Below are positions 35,898 to 51,911 of a DNA stretch of 64,000 nt, piece after piece (within the stretch, counting starts at the first letter, position 1; each line of letters starts with the position of its first letter). Location of the stretch: the NCBI RefSeq assembly GCF_025526975.1, contig NW_026515668.1:1178001-1242000 (forward strand). The letters run 5' to 3'. The DNA comes from Fimicolochytrium jonesii. Taxonomy: Eukaryota. Below the pieces are notes generated by a model, which saw only the letters and a list, made by a program, of their open reading frames with translations, was not told where the DNA came from and did no database searches. A program made the translations under genes and the position numbers.

Positions 35898-37699
35898 AAG
35901 TTCAGAACCCGTCCAGCCCTGCATCCGACAAACCTTTTTCGCCATGTCACAACCCGAATCCGTACCTTTCACCGCCGAGCAATGGAACGATATGTGCCAA
36001 GCCATCGCCGCCTTGCAAAGCCAAAACGCCCACTTGCAGGCCAACCTAGCGCAAGCCCAAGCCGACGCACAAGCTGCCCAGAGCATCGCCGCCCAGGTTC
36101 AAGCCGATACGTACACCCGTCCCCAAGTCACCAACCCTGCTCTGGAGCCAAGAATCAGCTTGCCCGAGAAGTTTGATAGTACCCACAGCAAATTCTGTGG
36201 GTGGTTGAACAACATCCGGTTGATGTTTGCTCTCCAGCCCGACCGCTACCCCAGCGACATCATCAAGATCCAAACTATTGGCACCTACATCACCGGCACT
36301 GCGCAAGCCTGGATGGCGCCCCTAGTCAAACGCCAAGATCACAGCCTTCAGGACTTCGATAGTTTTATCAGTCAGATGCAATCTGTCTTCGGAGACAGCG
36401 ACAGGGTCCCCACCTCTGAAAACAAGCTCCAGAACCTTCGCCAAACCCGTGCAGCAACCGAGTACGTCGCTGAGTTCCGCCAGCTACAATGCGATGTCTC
36501 CTGGAACGACCAGGCCCTGATTGCTACCTTCCGCCGTGGCCTCAAAGAAGACGTCAAAGACCTGATGCTCACAATGCCCCCTGCGGCCACCATTGATGTG
36601 GTGATGGAGCAGGCTATCCAGTGCGATAACCGGCTGTTTGAGCGCCGCCTGGAGCAAAACAGAAGCCGTCAGACCTTCCCGGTTCCCCACACCTCGTTTA
36701 CTACTACCACCACTGCCGACCACAGCAAGCCTATGCAGATTGACGCCGCTCGTCCCCGCGCCCCTCTGAGCCCTCAGGAACGCCAACGCCGCATTTCCAA
36801 CAACCTCTGCCTTTACTGCGGTGGCGCGGGGCACATTGCAAAGGCCTGCCCCGTCAAGAACAAGACCACCACCCGTGCCGCCAACGTCGACATCAAAGCA
36901 CCCTCCACCGAACAGGGGTTTCCCAAAGTCCAGCCGCAGTAAAGCCCCAGCGACTGGACAACGCACACTCCTCCAGGCCTTCTAACCTCGCAGCTCCTGC
37001 AACGGAAGAGGCCACCCCCCTGGTTCCCGACTCCGTTATAGCCAACACAACCCTCCTAGCCGCTGCCCATGTCAAAAACTGTGAAAATAACCCCCGCGCC
37101 ACGCTTGCGCTGGGTCCCGTCGAACCCTTCAACTACCCCGTTACCATCATGGTATTATCCAGCCGCGCCCCGATACCTACCTCAGCCATGATCGACAACG
37201 GTGCCCTGTCCTGCTTCATCAACAGAGACTTTGCCCGCGGACACCGCATCCCGCTAGTCCCGCATCAGTGTCCACTGACGATCGAACTCGTCGACGGTCA
37301 ACCCAGCTCTGCTGGGCCAATCATCCATCACACCCAACCAGTAGGCATGCGGGTCGACGACCACTTCGAAGAACTCGTCTTCCATGTCACCAAATCACCC
37401 CATGCTCCAATCCTCCTTGGTCTTCCCTGGCCCGCCGTCTCACAAAGATCAACCTCCGCGGCGCTTATAACCTCTTACGCATGCGCCCGGGGGATGAATG
37501 GAAGACCGCCTTCCGCTGCCGCTACGGCCTATTCGAATACAACGTCATGCCCTTTGGGCTCAGCAATGCTCCTGGCGTCCTCCAGTACCTGATGAACGAC
37601 ATCTTCTGTGACATTCTCGATGTGTTTGTTGTCGTCTACCTCGACGATATCCTGATATTCTCCAAGAACCCCGAAGATCACCCCAAACATGTCCGCCAA
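35898..37699 (+). mobile_element. Family A fragment without LTR: intact gag (35944-36942) and internally deleted PR-RT
   Basis: 332-aa gag with [14 protein letters not shown]; deletion near 37430; ends at a family B LTR insertion. Confidence 0.9.
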
Positions 37700-40518
37700 T
37701 GTCGGGGATATCTCATCTTCACTTGTATTTCATATTATATCTCTTTACTTCTATTTGATCCGAGACCCGGGCTGGCCACCCGAGCTCTTGGTGATACATT
37801 ACATAAGGCGCCAAGCCTCACTGAAGCCGCGCAAGCCCGACTGGCAGCCCATATATAAAGCTGTCAGTTGAGTGGCCGCTGCAAAGAGCTTCTTACTTTT
37901 TTCTTCACTACAATACACTGCTCTTAGCCCTCTCAGAAGGGCCCAATATCGTCTACGTTTCCTCTGACGTTCCATGATAGCACCACCTACCGCTAGCATC
38001 ACCAAGACATTCCTCGTCAACGTCGCCCCTCTATCGGACGTCGCCCTTACACTCGTTCACAAGCCAGAATGGACGCACAGACTCAAGCTCTTGTTGCGGC
38101 TGTCGCAGCTGCTTTTGCTACTCAGCAGCGTGCTGTTATGCAAGACACCCAACAAGCCGAACGTTTCAAACTTCTTATGGACGCTCGCAAGAACAAGCTC
38201 GTCGAATACGATGGCGCCAAAGCTGCCAAAAAGATCGAAGAGCTCGTTACGTCTCACCACAACTTTCTCGACTCTCTCACTGTCCCGGCTGTACCAGCTG
38301 GAACAGACGGCACTGGAGCTGCCAACGCCATAGCCTTTACTATGGCAGAGTACACCCCTACGCTTACTACCTACCTCAAGGGTACTGCTCTCGAGTGGTA
38401 CAATACGCCTTACGCCACTGGACCTCTCGCAAATTGGGCAGCTTTCGAAACAGCTCTTGTTGCTCGCTTCTATCCTTGCAACTTGCGTAATACTATTGAG
38501 CTCAAGCTCTCCGGTCTCAAGCTCGGTGACTCTCTCGAAAAATATATCGAGGAGTTTCAAGACACCAATAATGAGCTCGAAGCCGCTCATCGTCTCGATA
38601 ACACTCAAGGCACCATTCCCCTTATTGATCAGATTTGATACTTCAAGGCCGGTCTTCTCAAGAATACGGTAATCGGTCATTATCTTGCTGAAGCCGTTAC
38701 GAACTTCGAAGTCTCGGGCACTACCAATATCAACACCCCTATCACTCTCAATCAAGCTATTACTGCAGCTCGTCGTGCTCATGTGGCTCACGGGTTCACT
38801 GACGGCAACCAAGTCAATACGCCTCGTCCGATTGCCTCGGCATCGAGTGCTCGTGGTGGCCGTGGAGCCAGCCGCGGTTGAGGTAGTCGTGGCGGTGATC
38901 GTGGCGGACGATTTGCACCTTACACCAATCCTCGAATTACGGAATTCGAGCAAGATTTAGATGATATGACCTTTGGGCTCAATGCTCTCGGTACGTCATA
39001 CTATCCCCCTGGAGTGAGTCGTCTCACTACAGGTCAAGTTCCCTACCAACGTCAACAATCCTTCCGTCAACGTGGACAATGGCAAACTACTCACGTTCCT
39101 CGCTAACGTCCAACAACTGGCGCTGATACAGTCTTATCGCTAATCTTTTCTCGGGGTTTTCTGCAACGTTTGGCGTATACGGCCACCGGAAATTGGTTTT
39201 CTCGTTTTTCTTCAGCGTTTCGGGCGTCGTGGGAGCTTCTGGTCGGTTGAGAGTCGGGTCGGGGGTGCTTTCACGTGTGAGATCCTCTCCTACGCCTACA
39301 TTTTTCGCATGTCAGTCGTATCCGAGAACAAAACGTTGTTGTGAAGCAAGGTTTCGGTAAAGGTAGTTGTATTTGGTAATCGTTGAAGTGTCGGGAACGC
39401 AAGTGTGTCGATTTATTGTGGGAAGTTTTGACGGTATTTTGACGTTGTCGTATAAAGGTGATTTCATTCGCTCGTCGAAGATTCTAGGCATATAATCAGC
39501 GTTGAAATATTATCGATTTCATGCGCAGGTCGAAGCGCAATACTACAACGGTCGTTTCAGAAAAGTTAGATCTATGGGATCTCGAATCTCAGTCGCTTTT
39601 CTTAGTTGGACAACTTCCCTGGCTAGTCAGTAATCTGGCTTACGACGCCATTATTGGAATGCCTTTCTGGCGTTTCTTTAATTACGCTGAACAATTCTCA
39701 ATGAGTACCTTACCTATCCTTTGCTGGACCACTTACGGCCCTATACCAAATGCACCGCAGTCTGTCACCATCAAATGCGAAAGAACTTCAAGAAACTGGG
39801 AAGACGTTGAATACATCCCGAAACACAACAACCCTTACTTCCATGTACAATGAGATCCGGTCTATGCCAAAAGACCCATTCGACCTGTTCGGATCATTAA
39901 ACCTGTGGATACGCGTCCTCTACAAGCCGCACCTCATTATGTATCTCGTTTAGCTCAAGCCAATGCGCTTCGCAATCCTCAAGTCATAGAGATGACTTCC
40001 AAGCGATTCAATAAGGCTTGGCGACGGAACAAGTTTGAAAAAGACACGGTCTGTTGCCTCGCTCTTAACAAAATACCGAACGCTCCTCAAGAGCTTAAAG
40101 GAAATCCAGGACATCTCAAAGATATCCTAAATAAATACGTCAATACGCTTTTCAAGGAACCGGAAGGTCTGCCCCCTGATCGCGGAGAAGATAATTTCAA
40201 GATCGAACTCACTGAAGGTGCTGAACCCGTTTGGCAGCCTTTTCGACACATGAATAAAGAAGAACTCGCTGAACTTAAACAACAAATCACCTCGATGCTT
40301 GAAGAAGGATGGATACAATACTCCTCAAGTCCCTGGGGAGCTAGTGTCGTCTTTGCGAAAAAGAAAGATGGCGGATTACGCATCTGTTGGGACTACCGAG
40401 GTCTCAACTCCGTCACCAAAAAAGATCGCACTCCTTTACCCAATATTCGTGAGATGAGGGATTGGATTCAAGGTTGTAAATGGTTTACGCTTATCGATAT
40501 TCGAGAAGCATACCATCG
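37700..40518 (+). mobile_element. Family B copy 2, 5' half (LTR, gag, start of RT)
   Basis: LTR 37700-37974; PBS-like TGATAGCACCAC; gag MDAQTQAL from 38069; RT start ...DYRGLN...DIREAYH ends abruptly. Confidence 0.9.
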
Positions 40519-40834
40519 TTCTCGAAGGCGGTGTTTGCGGCGGGTGTCCAGGCGTACGGGATGTCTTTCCGGGTCAGGGCTGTGAGCGGGGTAGCGATCT
40601 TGGAATAACCTTGGATGAATTGTCGATAGAAGTTGGCAAAGCCGAGGAACCGCTGGACGCCTTTGACAGTCTTGGGAAGTTCCCAATCCGTGATGGCAGC
40701 GATCTTCTTGGGGTCCATCTGGATGCCTTTCTCGGAGATGATGAAGCCTAGGAACTCAACGGATTCGCGGTTGAATTTGCACTTCTCTGGTTTGGCGTAC
40801 AACCCATGCTGTCGGAGGCGGGACAAGACTTCGC
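40519..40834 (-). mobile_element. Inverted family A RT fragment continuing the copy that ends at 37699
   Basis: Minus strand reads [18 protein letters not shown]..., the direct continuation of DHPKHVR at 37699. Confidence 0.88.
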
Positions 40835-43800
40835 TGTAACGTCAGAGGAAACATAGACGATATTGGGCCCTTCTGAGAGGGCTGAGAGCAGTGTATTGTA
40901 GAGAAGAAAAAAGTAAGAAGCTCTTCGCAGCGGCCGCTCGACTGACAGCTTTATATATGGGCTGCCCGTGGGGCTTGCGTGGCTTCAGTGAGGCTTGGCG
41001 CCTTTTGTAATGTATCACCGAGAGCTCGGGTGGCCAGCCCGGGTCTCGGATCAAGTGGAAGTAAAGAGATATAATGTGAAATACAAGTGAAGATGAGATA
41101 TCCCCGACACCTCCCTCAGATCCTGAGGAGGGCGCCGAATAAATAAGAGGTGAACTACGAGGGATATGTGAAGAAAGGGAGCGCTCATGTTCATTTTAAA
41201 GTGCGTCTACTTCGGGCCAGATGCCGCTGATCTTCGATGGTGATAAATCGAGTTCGTAGGTGTCAGGATGTGCTCCCTGCGCGATGATTTTGAATGGTCC
41301 GATCCACGTAGCTGAGTATCGAAGTCCTCTTTGTGCGGCTACTTCTGGGTTGACTCCTTGTCGATTCAGATCGACGAGGTCGCCAATTTTGTATGCAATT
41401 GGCGTTCGACCTTTGTCATGTTGACGTGCGAATTGATCTTGCGATCTCTGAAGGTTTTCGCGTACGATACGGGCGATGTCTTCCTGCCCTTTCTGGAAGA
41501 GTTCAATTTCGTTTCGATCTACAGCTTGAAGTTTGGGTTCTTGTCCTTCAAGTGTTGGATTCCAACCCGGGAGGATTGGAGAGCGTCCGACATCCACTTC
41601 GAATGGCGATAAACCTTCATAGTCCTCCCTCGGAGCGGTATTGTATGCGAATTGGATTAAAGGCAATAGTTTCTACCAATTGGTTTTGTCATAGTTGAGG
41701 TATTGCTCCCAAATCCTTTTCAGGGTTTGGATGGCTTGCTCTACTTTGCCGTCAGTTTGCTGATGACGAGCCGTAGCGAATTCGTGTTTTACACCGAGGA
41801 GAATATCGAATGCGAGGAAGAAGTCAGAAAGTGCGCGAGGTTTGCGATCCGTAACGAAGACTTTTGGCGTACCGACATGTTTCCAAACATGATCTAGAAA
41901 GACTTGGGCTAGTTCGCGTCCAGTGATTGTCTTCTTGATCGGTGTCAGAATCACATGTCCGGAAGGGTAATCAATGCAGACGAGACAAGAGTTTGTTTCA
42001 TCTACTTCAAAAATGTCAAATCCGATCGTGTGCCATCTTCCAAAAGGTATAGGAAGAGGTCGAAGAAATCCGTATCGACAATGACCAGGTTTGAATTGTC
42101 GACAGGATTTGCAAGTTCCAACGTATTTGATGACGTCGGAGCGTACGGTAGGCCAGTAATAATCCGTAAGAATTCTCGCGAGAGTCTTCTTAACACCGAG
42201 ATGTCCTCCGGTGGCGTGTTCGTCATGGAATTTCCGCAAAATCTTCGCGCGAATGTCTTCAGGAACGTATAGACGTCCTTTGTGTCGTAATAATCCATTT
42301 TCAAACGTATAATGGAGTTCTTTTGAAGTTTTCTCGTGTCGAGGTTTTCGAGAAATTTCATTGAGTTAATCCGAATATGGATCTTTGCGTAGCGCTTTTT
42401 GCCATTCTTCTTCTCAGCAAGTAGGTGAGTTTTGTGGATTGTCTGTCGTAGCGTTGGAGGAAGGTTCATTGACAAGCATGTTGCTGATCTGCGTATGCAT
42501 GTCAACGCGTCGTTGACAATCTACACACCGAGGTGCATAGATTGGATTGCGGGAGAGCATGTGGGTGATATGATTCCATCGTCCAGGTAAATACTGGATG
42601 GCGAAATCATACTCTTGTAGCTTCTCCATCCAATTGGCTTGTCTTGTGCTCAAATGGGGTTGCGTTTGGATGAATTCGAGTCCCTTGTGATCGCTAAACC
42701 ATCGGAAGTAACGACCGATGAGATATGGTCGATTAGCGACCAACATCTTAACAAGAGCTAAAAGTTCCTGTTCGTGCGTAGGATATCGAGTTTCTGCGTC
42801 CTTCATCTTTCTGGAAAAGAAGACCACAGGCCGGAGCCAAGGTAACTTCTTCCATTGTCCGACAGGAGTAGGCAGATTCGTAGGGATCGTTTCATCGCCA
42901 GAAGGTTGTCCAATCCAGCCAGCGATAGCGTAGCCTGATGAGTTGGTATAGACGTAAATCGGCTTGGTTTTGTCGATGGTTGCTAGCGTAGGCGCATTGA
43001 TTAACGCTTCTTTCAACTTTTGAAATGCCTCTTGTTGCTCAGGACCCCATCGAAATTTGACTTTCGAAGATTGAATACTTGATAGGGGCAGAGCAATGTC
43101 CAAATAACCTTGTACAAAGTCAAGGAAGTAGTTCGTGAACCCAAGAAAACTTTGAACTCCTTTTATTGACTTTGGAGTAGCCCAATCCTTGATAGCTTGG
43201 ATTTTCGAGGGCGCGATGCGAACACCATGTCTTCCGACAATATGTCCACACCATTCGAGTTCTTCTTTAGCCCATACGCACTTTGAAGGCTTCATGAAAA
43301 GGGCGTGTTCTTCAAGTTTCTTCAGAATATGAACGATGTGTTCCCGATGTTTGGCTAAGGTCTTCGAGAAAATGAAAATGTCGTCCAGGTAGGTAGCAAG
43401 GAATTCGTCGTAATCTTTATGAAAGATCTCATTCATAAGACGTTGAAATGCAGCAGGTGCGTTGGTAAGCCCGAACGGCATGACCAAATACTCGAAACGT
43501 CCGAAGCGAGTTCGTATTGCCGTTTTTTCTCTATCTTGTTTTCGTATAAGAAGACGATGGTATGCTTCTCGAATATCGATAAGCGTAAACCATTTACAAC
43601 CTTAAGTCCCATCCCTCATCTCACGAATGTTGGGTAAACGAGTGCGATCTTTCTTGATGACGGCGTTGAGACCTCGGTAGTCCCAACAGATGCGTAATCC
43701 GCCATCTTTCTTTTTCGCAAAGACGGCACTAGCTCCCCAGGGACTTGAGGAGTGTTGTATCCATCCTTTTTCGAGCATCGAGGTGATTTGTTTCTTAAGT

Positions 43801-45859
43801 TCAGCGAGTTCTTCTTTGTTCATGTGCCGAAGAGGTTGCCAAACGGGTTCAGCGCCTTCAGTGAGTTCGATCTTGAAATTATCTTCTCCGCGATCAGGGG
43901 GTAGACCTTCCGGTTCCTTGAAAAGCGTATTGACGTATTAATTTAGGATATTCTTGAGATGTCCTGGATTTCCTTTAAACTCTTGAGGAGCGTCTGGTAT
44001 TTTGTTAAGAGCGAGGCAACAGACCGTGTCTTTTTCAAGCTTGTTCCGTTGCCAAGCCTTATTGAATCGCTTGGAAGTCATTTCTATGACTTGAGGATTG
44101 CGAAAAGCATAAGCTGGAGCGAATCGAGATACATAATGAGGTGCGGCTTGTAGAGGACGCGTGTCCAGAGGTTTAATGATCCGAACAGGTCGAATGGGTC
44201 TTTTGGCATAGACCGGATCTCGTTGTACATCGAAGTAAGGGTTGTTGTGTTTCGGGATGTATTCAACCTCTTCCCAGTTTCTCGAAGATCTTTCGCACTT
44301 GATGGTGACAGACTGCGGTGCGTTTGGTATAGGGCCGTAATTGGTCCAGCGAAGGATAGGTAAGGTTCTCATCGAGAATTGTTCAGCGTAATTAAAGAAA
44401 CGCCAGAAAGGCATGTCCCATTTGTTACAAAGGGGACAAGGAGTCGTTGGACGTTGTCGAGCAACATAAGTAGTTTGCCATTGTCCACGTCGACGAAAGG
44501 GCTGTTGACATTGGTACGGCACTTGACCTGTAGTAAGACGACTCATTCCAGGGGGATAGTATGACGTACGGAGGACATTGAGCCCAAAGGTCATATCATC
44601 TAAGTTTTGCTCGATTTCCGTAATTTGAGGATTTTTGTAAGGGGCGAATTGTCCGCCACGACCACCGCCACGACTACCTTGACCGCGACTGGCTCCACGG
44701 CTGCCACAAACACTTGTTGCCAAGGCAATCGGAAGAGGTGTATTGGCTTGGTTGCCGTCAGTGAATCCGTGAGCCACATGAGCACGACAAGCTGCAGTGA
44801 TAGCTTGATCGAGAGTGATAGGAGTGTTGATATTGGTAATGGCCGAGACTTCGAAGTTCGTAACAGCTTCAGCGAGATAATGTCCAATTACTGTATTCTT
44901 GAGAAGGCCGGCTTTGAAGTATCGAATTTGTTCGATAACGGGAATGGTGCCTTGAGGGTTATCGAGACGATGAGCGGCTTCGAGCTCATTATTGGTGTCT
45001 TGAAACTCCTTGATATATTTCTTAAGAGAGTCACCGAGCTTGAGGTTGGATAACTTGAGCTCAATAGTATTACGCAAGTTGCGAGGATAAAAGTGAGCGA
45101 CAAGAGCCCTTTCACAAGCTGCCCAATTTGCGGGAGGTCCAGCGGCGTAAGTCGTATTGAACCACTCGAGAGCAGTACCCTTGAGGTAGGTAGTGAGCGT
45201 AGAGGCGTACTCTGCCATAGTAAAGGCTATGGCGTTGGCAGCTCCAGTGCCGTCTGTTCCAGCTGGTACAGCCGGGACAGTGAGAGAGTCAAGAAAGTTG
45301 TGGTGAGACGTAACGAGCTCTTCGATCTTTTTGGCAGCTTTGGCGCCATCGTATTCGACAAGCTTGTTCTTGCGAGCGTCCATAAGAAGTTTGAAACGTT
45401 CGGCTTGTTGGGTGTCTTGCGTAACAGCACGCTGCTGACTAGCAAAAGCAGCTGCGACAGCCGCAACAAGAGCTTGAGTCTGTGCGTCCATTCTTGCTTG
45501 TGAACAAGTGTAAGGGCGACTTCCGATAGAGGGGTGACATTGACGAGGAATGTCTTGGTGATGCTAGCGGTAGGTGGTGCTACCATGTAACGTCAGAGGA
45601 AACGTAGACGATATTGGGCCCTTCCGAGAGGGCTGAGAGCAGTTTATTGTAGTGAAGAAAAAAGTAAGAAGCTTTTGCAGCGGCTGCTCGACTGACAGCT
45701 TTATATATGAGCTGCCAGTGGGGCTTGCGTGGCTTCAGTGAGGCTTGGCGCCTTATGTAATGTATCACCGAGAGCTCGGGTGGCCAGCCCGGGTCTCGGA
45801 TCAGGTAGAAGGAAAGAGATATAATATGAAATACAAGTGAAGATGAGATATCCCCGACA
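40835..45859 (-). mobile_element. Family B copy 3 with two LTRs; protease region and chromodomain deleted; TSDs do not match
   Basis: LTRs 45586-45859 and 40835-41109; PBS TGGTAGCACCAC; gag from 45491; RT/RNase H 42414-43823; integrase 41196-42239. Confidence 0.92.
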
Positions 45860-46098
45860 CAGGGGGGCGGCAGCCCCTTGAGTGGGGGTTTTTCTGTAAT
45901 ATATACGTAATATTTATAACAATCCTCCTTGTCAAATGAGCGGCGTGCAGAGGGGGGTCCAGGGGGGAAAGCCCGGGTGGGGGTGCGGGGGGAACCCCCG
46001 CTGTGTTTGAGTGTAGTTTGGTGGGTTTTTCTTTGAGTGTAGTTTGGTGGGTTCTGGATCGGGTGGGCTACGCGCGGAAAACCCACTAAACTGCACCC
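45860..46098. mobile_element. Possible terminus of a DNA transposon or MITE with subterminal repeats
   Basis: GAGTGTAGTTTGGTGGGTT occurs twice, with an inverted near-copy ACCCACTAAACTGCACCC ending at 46098 and followed by TTA; G/C-rich hairpins. Confidence 0.35.
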
Positions 46099-46678
46099 TT
46101 ACCCAATCTTGCAGCGGCCAATTAAGATGGGGCGTTGGGTACCCAATTCGCGGGTTTTCCAAATGCACTACATCATCGGCAGACGACAGTCACGTCAAGG
46201 TGTCCTCCTCTGAAGACGAGCGCACCTACGACAAATCTCTACGCGATACGGCCACGAACGCGGCTTCATTGACAAATAAGCAACCTCCGAACGGAGTCCA
46301 TTGTGCTCTGGACGAGGAACGTAGTCCTCTAGAGTCTATGGACGAGGAGGAGGTTGCTTAGTATCCCACCTCACTACCCACTGCACTAAGCACCTCCCAT
46401 CGACATTCGCCGCATTCGCCGCTCAATTCGCATCGGCTTATTTATCAACATCTTGCCTTCCACGGCTCGATCAACAACTATTTAAAGGTTTTACCGGTTT
46501 CCCTGGACGTTACGTCCTAAATGCGCTGCAGAGCAGGTTTCCCTCTGCAGCGTTCCTGAATAACCAGTTCATCTTCTTCGACCCATCCCTCCCTCCTACC
46601 GTAGTTTGACATAGCACTCAATAGCTCAAAAAAGATAAGGGAAAAGAGAATCTACGGCTACGGAGTTTGTTATTTAAA

Positions 46679-46818
46679 CACTCGAGAAGAAAAATAAAGA
46701 AGCTTACTAAGCAACCTCCTCCTTGCGAGGATAGCTCTGCACGAGGAACGTGGTCCACTAGAGTCTATGGACGAGGAGGAGGTTGCTTAGTAAGCTTCTT
46801 TATTTTTCTTCTCGAGTG
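46679..46818. repeat. Perfect 45-bp inverted repeat with a 50-bp spacer
   Basis: 46679-46723 is the exact reverse complement of 46774-46818. Confidence 0.9.
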
Positions 46819-49324
46819 GGTAAATACCGTGTTGCCAAGCACTGTCAAGTTACGCTAACTATGCCGTCCTGATCTATAATAACTCTGATGTCTTCATAAT
46901 TGCATACCTCTCCAGTCAGTCATCCCCAGATTGCGCAAAGTTCAACCCGCTCTTGTTCGTGTGCCCATGACGAAGACATACAACGCAAATAACTTGACCA
47001 CCAGGGGCAGGAATTGTAATCGCTCAAGTCTTTCTTGATTCTTGGCAACGACGCAACGCCTAAGTCTTCCTGATAGCGGCCTTCGACTCCTTTCTACTGG
47101 CCTGGATATCAGCGAGTCAAGTCAAGAATCGAGAAATAGTGCACCAGGGTTCAGGACGCTAGATGTTTTAAATAGGTCGGGTATCCGAACGATCTGAAGG
47201 TCGAGAGGTAACGGCGATGATGGGACCGAAAATATGTACTAGAGATCGCCCGAGAATTGACAGCGCATTGAAACGTCCTCTGAACCGGCACACATCTCTC
47301 TAAAAAAGCACGGACATGCCGGCCGTACACTTATATATACGGGCTCCGCCTCACTTCAAATTCGCATATTGTCATACCCAACTGATAAAATTCTTAAAGT
47401 GCATTACAAAATTGTGTGGCTTGCCTACTATCTATACGCCAGGGGCCAGCTCACTACGCCAAAACAAAAATATGGCATCCAGATAAAGGGGGAAGGACGT
47501 GGGAGGATGAGGTAGATAGCGTCCAGGGGCCACGGTTTGCTGAGTACTATGGAGGAGTCTCGAATGTTTTTGCGGTGTGCACGAACCACAGGGATGATTG
47601 TCGCTAGCGACGAAGCTGATGGCTAGTGGATATAGGAGGTTCCTATACGACGACGGTGCGACGCTTGGCTCCGTATCGTCGGCGGTGGCAGCAACAGCGC
47701 ACGAAGACCCAGGTGATCAGGAAAAGAACACCGACGATGATGAAGACGTGTATCAGTGGTGCGCTCGCAATGGTGACAACCTGATGGTGAACAACGAGAT
47801 GTGAGTTGGAGGCCGAGGAACGTCAGGAGGACTTGCGAAGAGCGCCAATGCACGTCAATAACTTACGTGGAAGAAGCCCAAGATCCAGATCACAATGAGG
47901 ACGATGGCGATGAGGACAAGGATGTCCCAGAGAATGATTTCCAGACCGGCGCACATTTTCGTTGTTTGACTTGGGGGGGTGTTTGAGAGGAGGATGTGTG
48001 GGAACTTGGCGATTGCTCTTGGCTGTTGAGCTTGGTTTGGCGAGAGGCGGATGGCTAGTTGTTGCAGGCAAAGGAAAAGCTGGGACCCACCGGCCTTTTA
48101 TGCTCTTCGGCCGTCGCTGCGAACGATGGTGGCGAGGCCCTCTTCGCAAGCTGCAGAGCCAAATGCGCTCATCACGCTCATCCTCGCCAAGGGCACCAAA
48201 AGATTTTTCTTCTGGACAACAACGTCATCACTTCATTCAACTTCGAGCTGATTCTTGGACTGGGCCGTTCTGGGCCTGTCATCAGGGGCTTTCTCCTCGT
48301 CCAAACGTACTGTCGCATTTTGTGGATCTGTCTGTACAGGCATTAATTATGGACACCTCCGACGTCATTCCAAAATTCGGGAACCTACAAAATGGTCACG
48401 GAGGTGTCCCTCCGTCTTCCGTGACCTCGTCAAATTTTCGGTGGCTTTGAGGCACGTCACGGAGTTGTCTGAACTTCAGCTCCGAACTGAGAATCTTCGA
48501 AAATTGAGCCACTGGAGCAAGTTGAATGGTCCCCAATCCCTATTGGATGCATGACATCATAGTGGCGACGCCAAAAGGGTCCAACTTGGTTTGGATCTTC
48601 GAGTCTCGAGTGACTCTTGACCGTCACACATAGTGTTGCAATCTTTTCAGCGCCGATGAACGAACGTCGCACACGCTGGGCACTCCCAACTCGGAGGTCC
48701 CCGACGCCGGGCTGTGTTGAAAATTGGAACGCCAAGGCTGCGACCAGAAACGAGAGGTTTACACAGTAATACATATAATATACACCACAACGTCACTCTT
48801 CCCAGCTCACACCCGTTGGGGATTTATGTTTTTTTTCATTTGACGGTTCCAAACGTCATGGACTCGGTCTACGTACATCAACACTCGTTTACGCTACATA
48901 TTGCCACCCCCCCAGTCCCAAAGGAGGAAAACGTATGTTATCGTATCAGATTACACACAATCCTTCCTTATCATGCATGCCATCACTGACGATGACTCGC
49001 ATGTCAAACTGTGCGCCAACTTGAGAGTGCTTGAGCCGGGCGCGTTCGGTAGTGTGTTGATGCATAACTCTACCAACCGTCTGGGAAGCATAGCCGTTCC
49101 TCGAGAGGTCCAGTATCCCCCGCGTTGGAAGACTTGTACATGAAGACTTACTGAGAAAGTCGAATTGGTAGAGGAGTGCATGCGATCGAGTGCCCTCAGG
49201 ACATGTGCCCTTCCTTTCGCTTAGGAAGGCGGAATCCTATGGTGGCGCGTCGAGTCCGTGGACGTCGACTTCTATTATATATTGTTCGATTGTGCAGTAC
49301 GTTCTGCCTTGTTGAGAACCTGGC

Positions 49325-51911
<2,587 letters not shown>

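Noticed and set aside
47416..48560. Possible gene with acidic stretches
   Set aside because: Only short fragments with no recognisable motif or consistent splice model.
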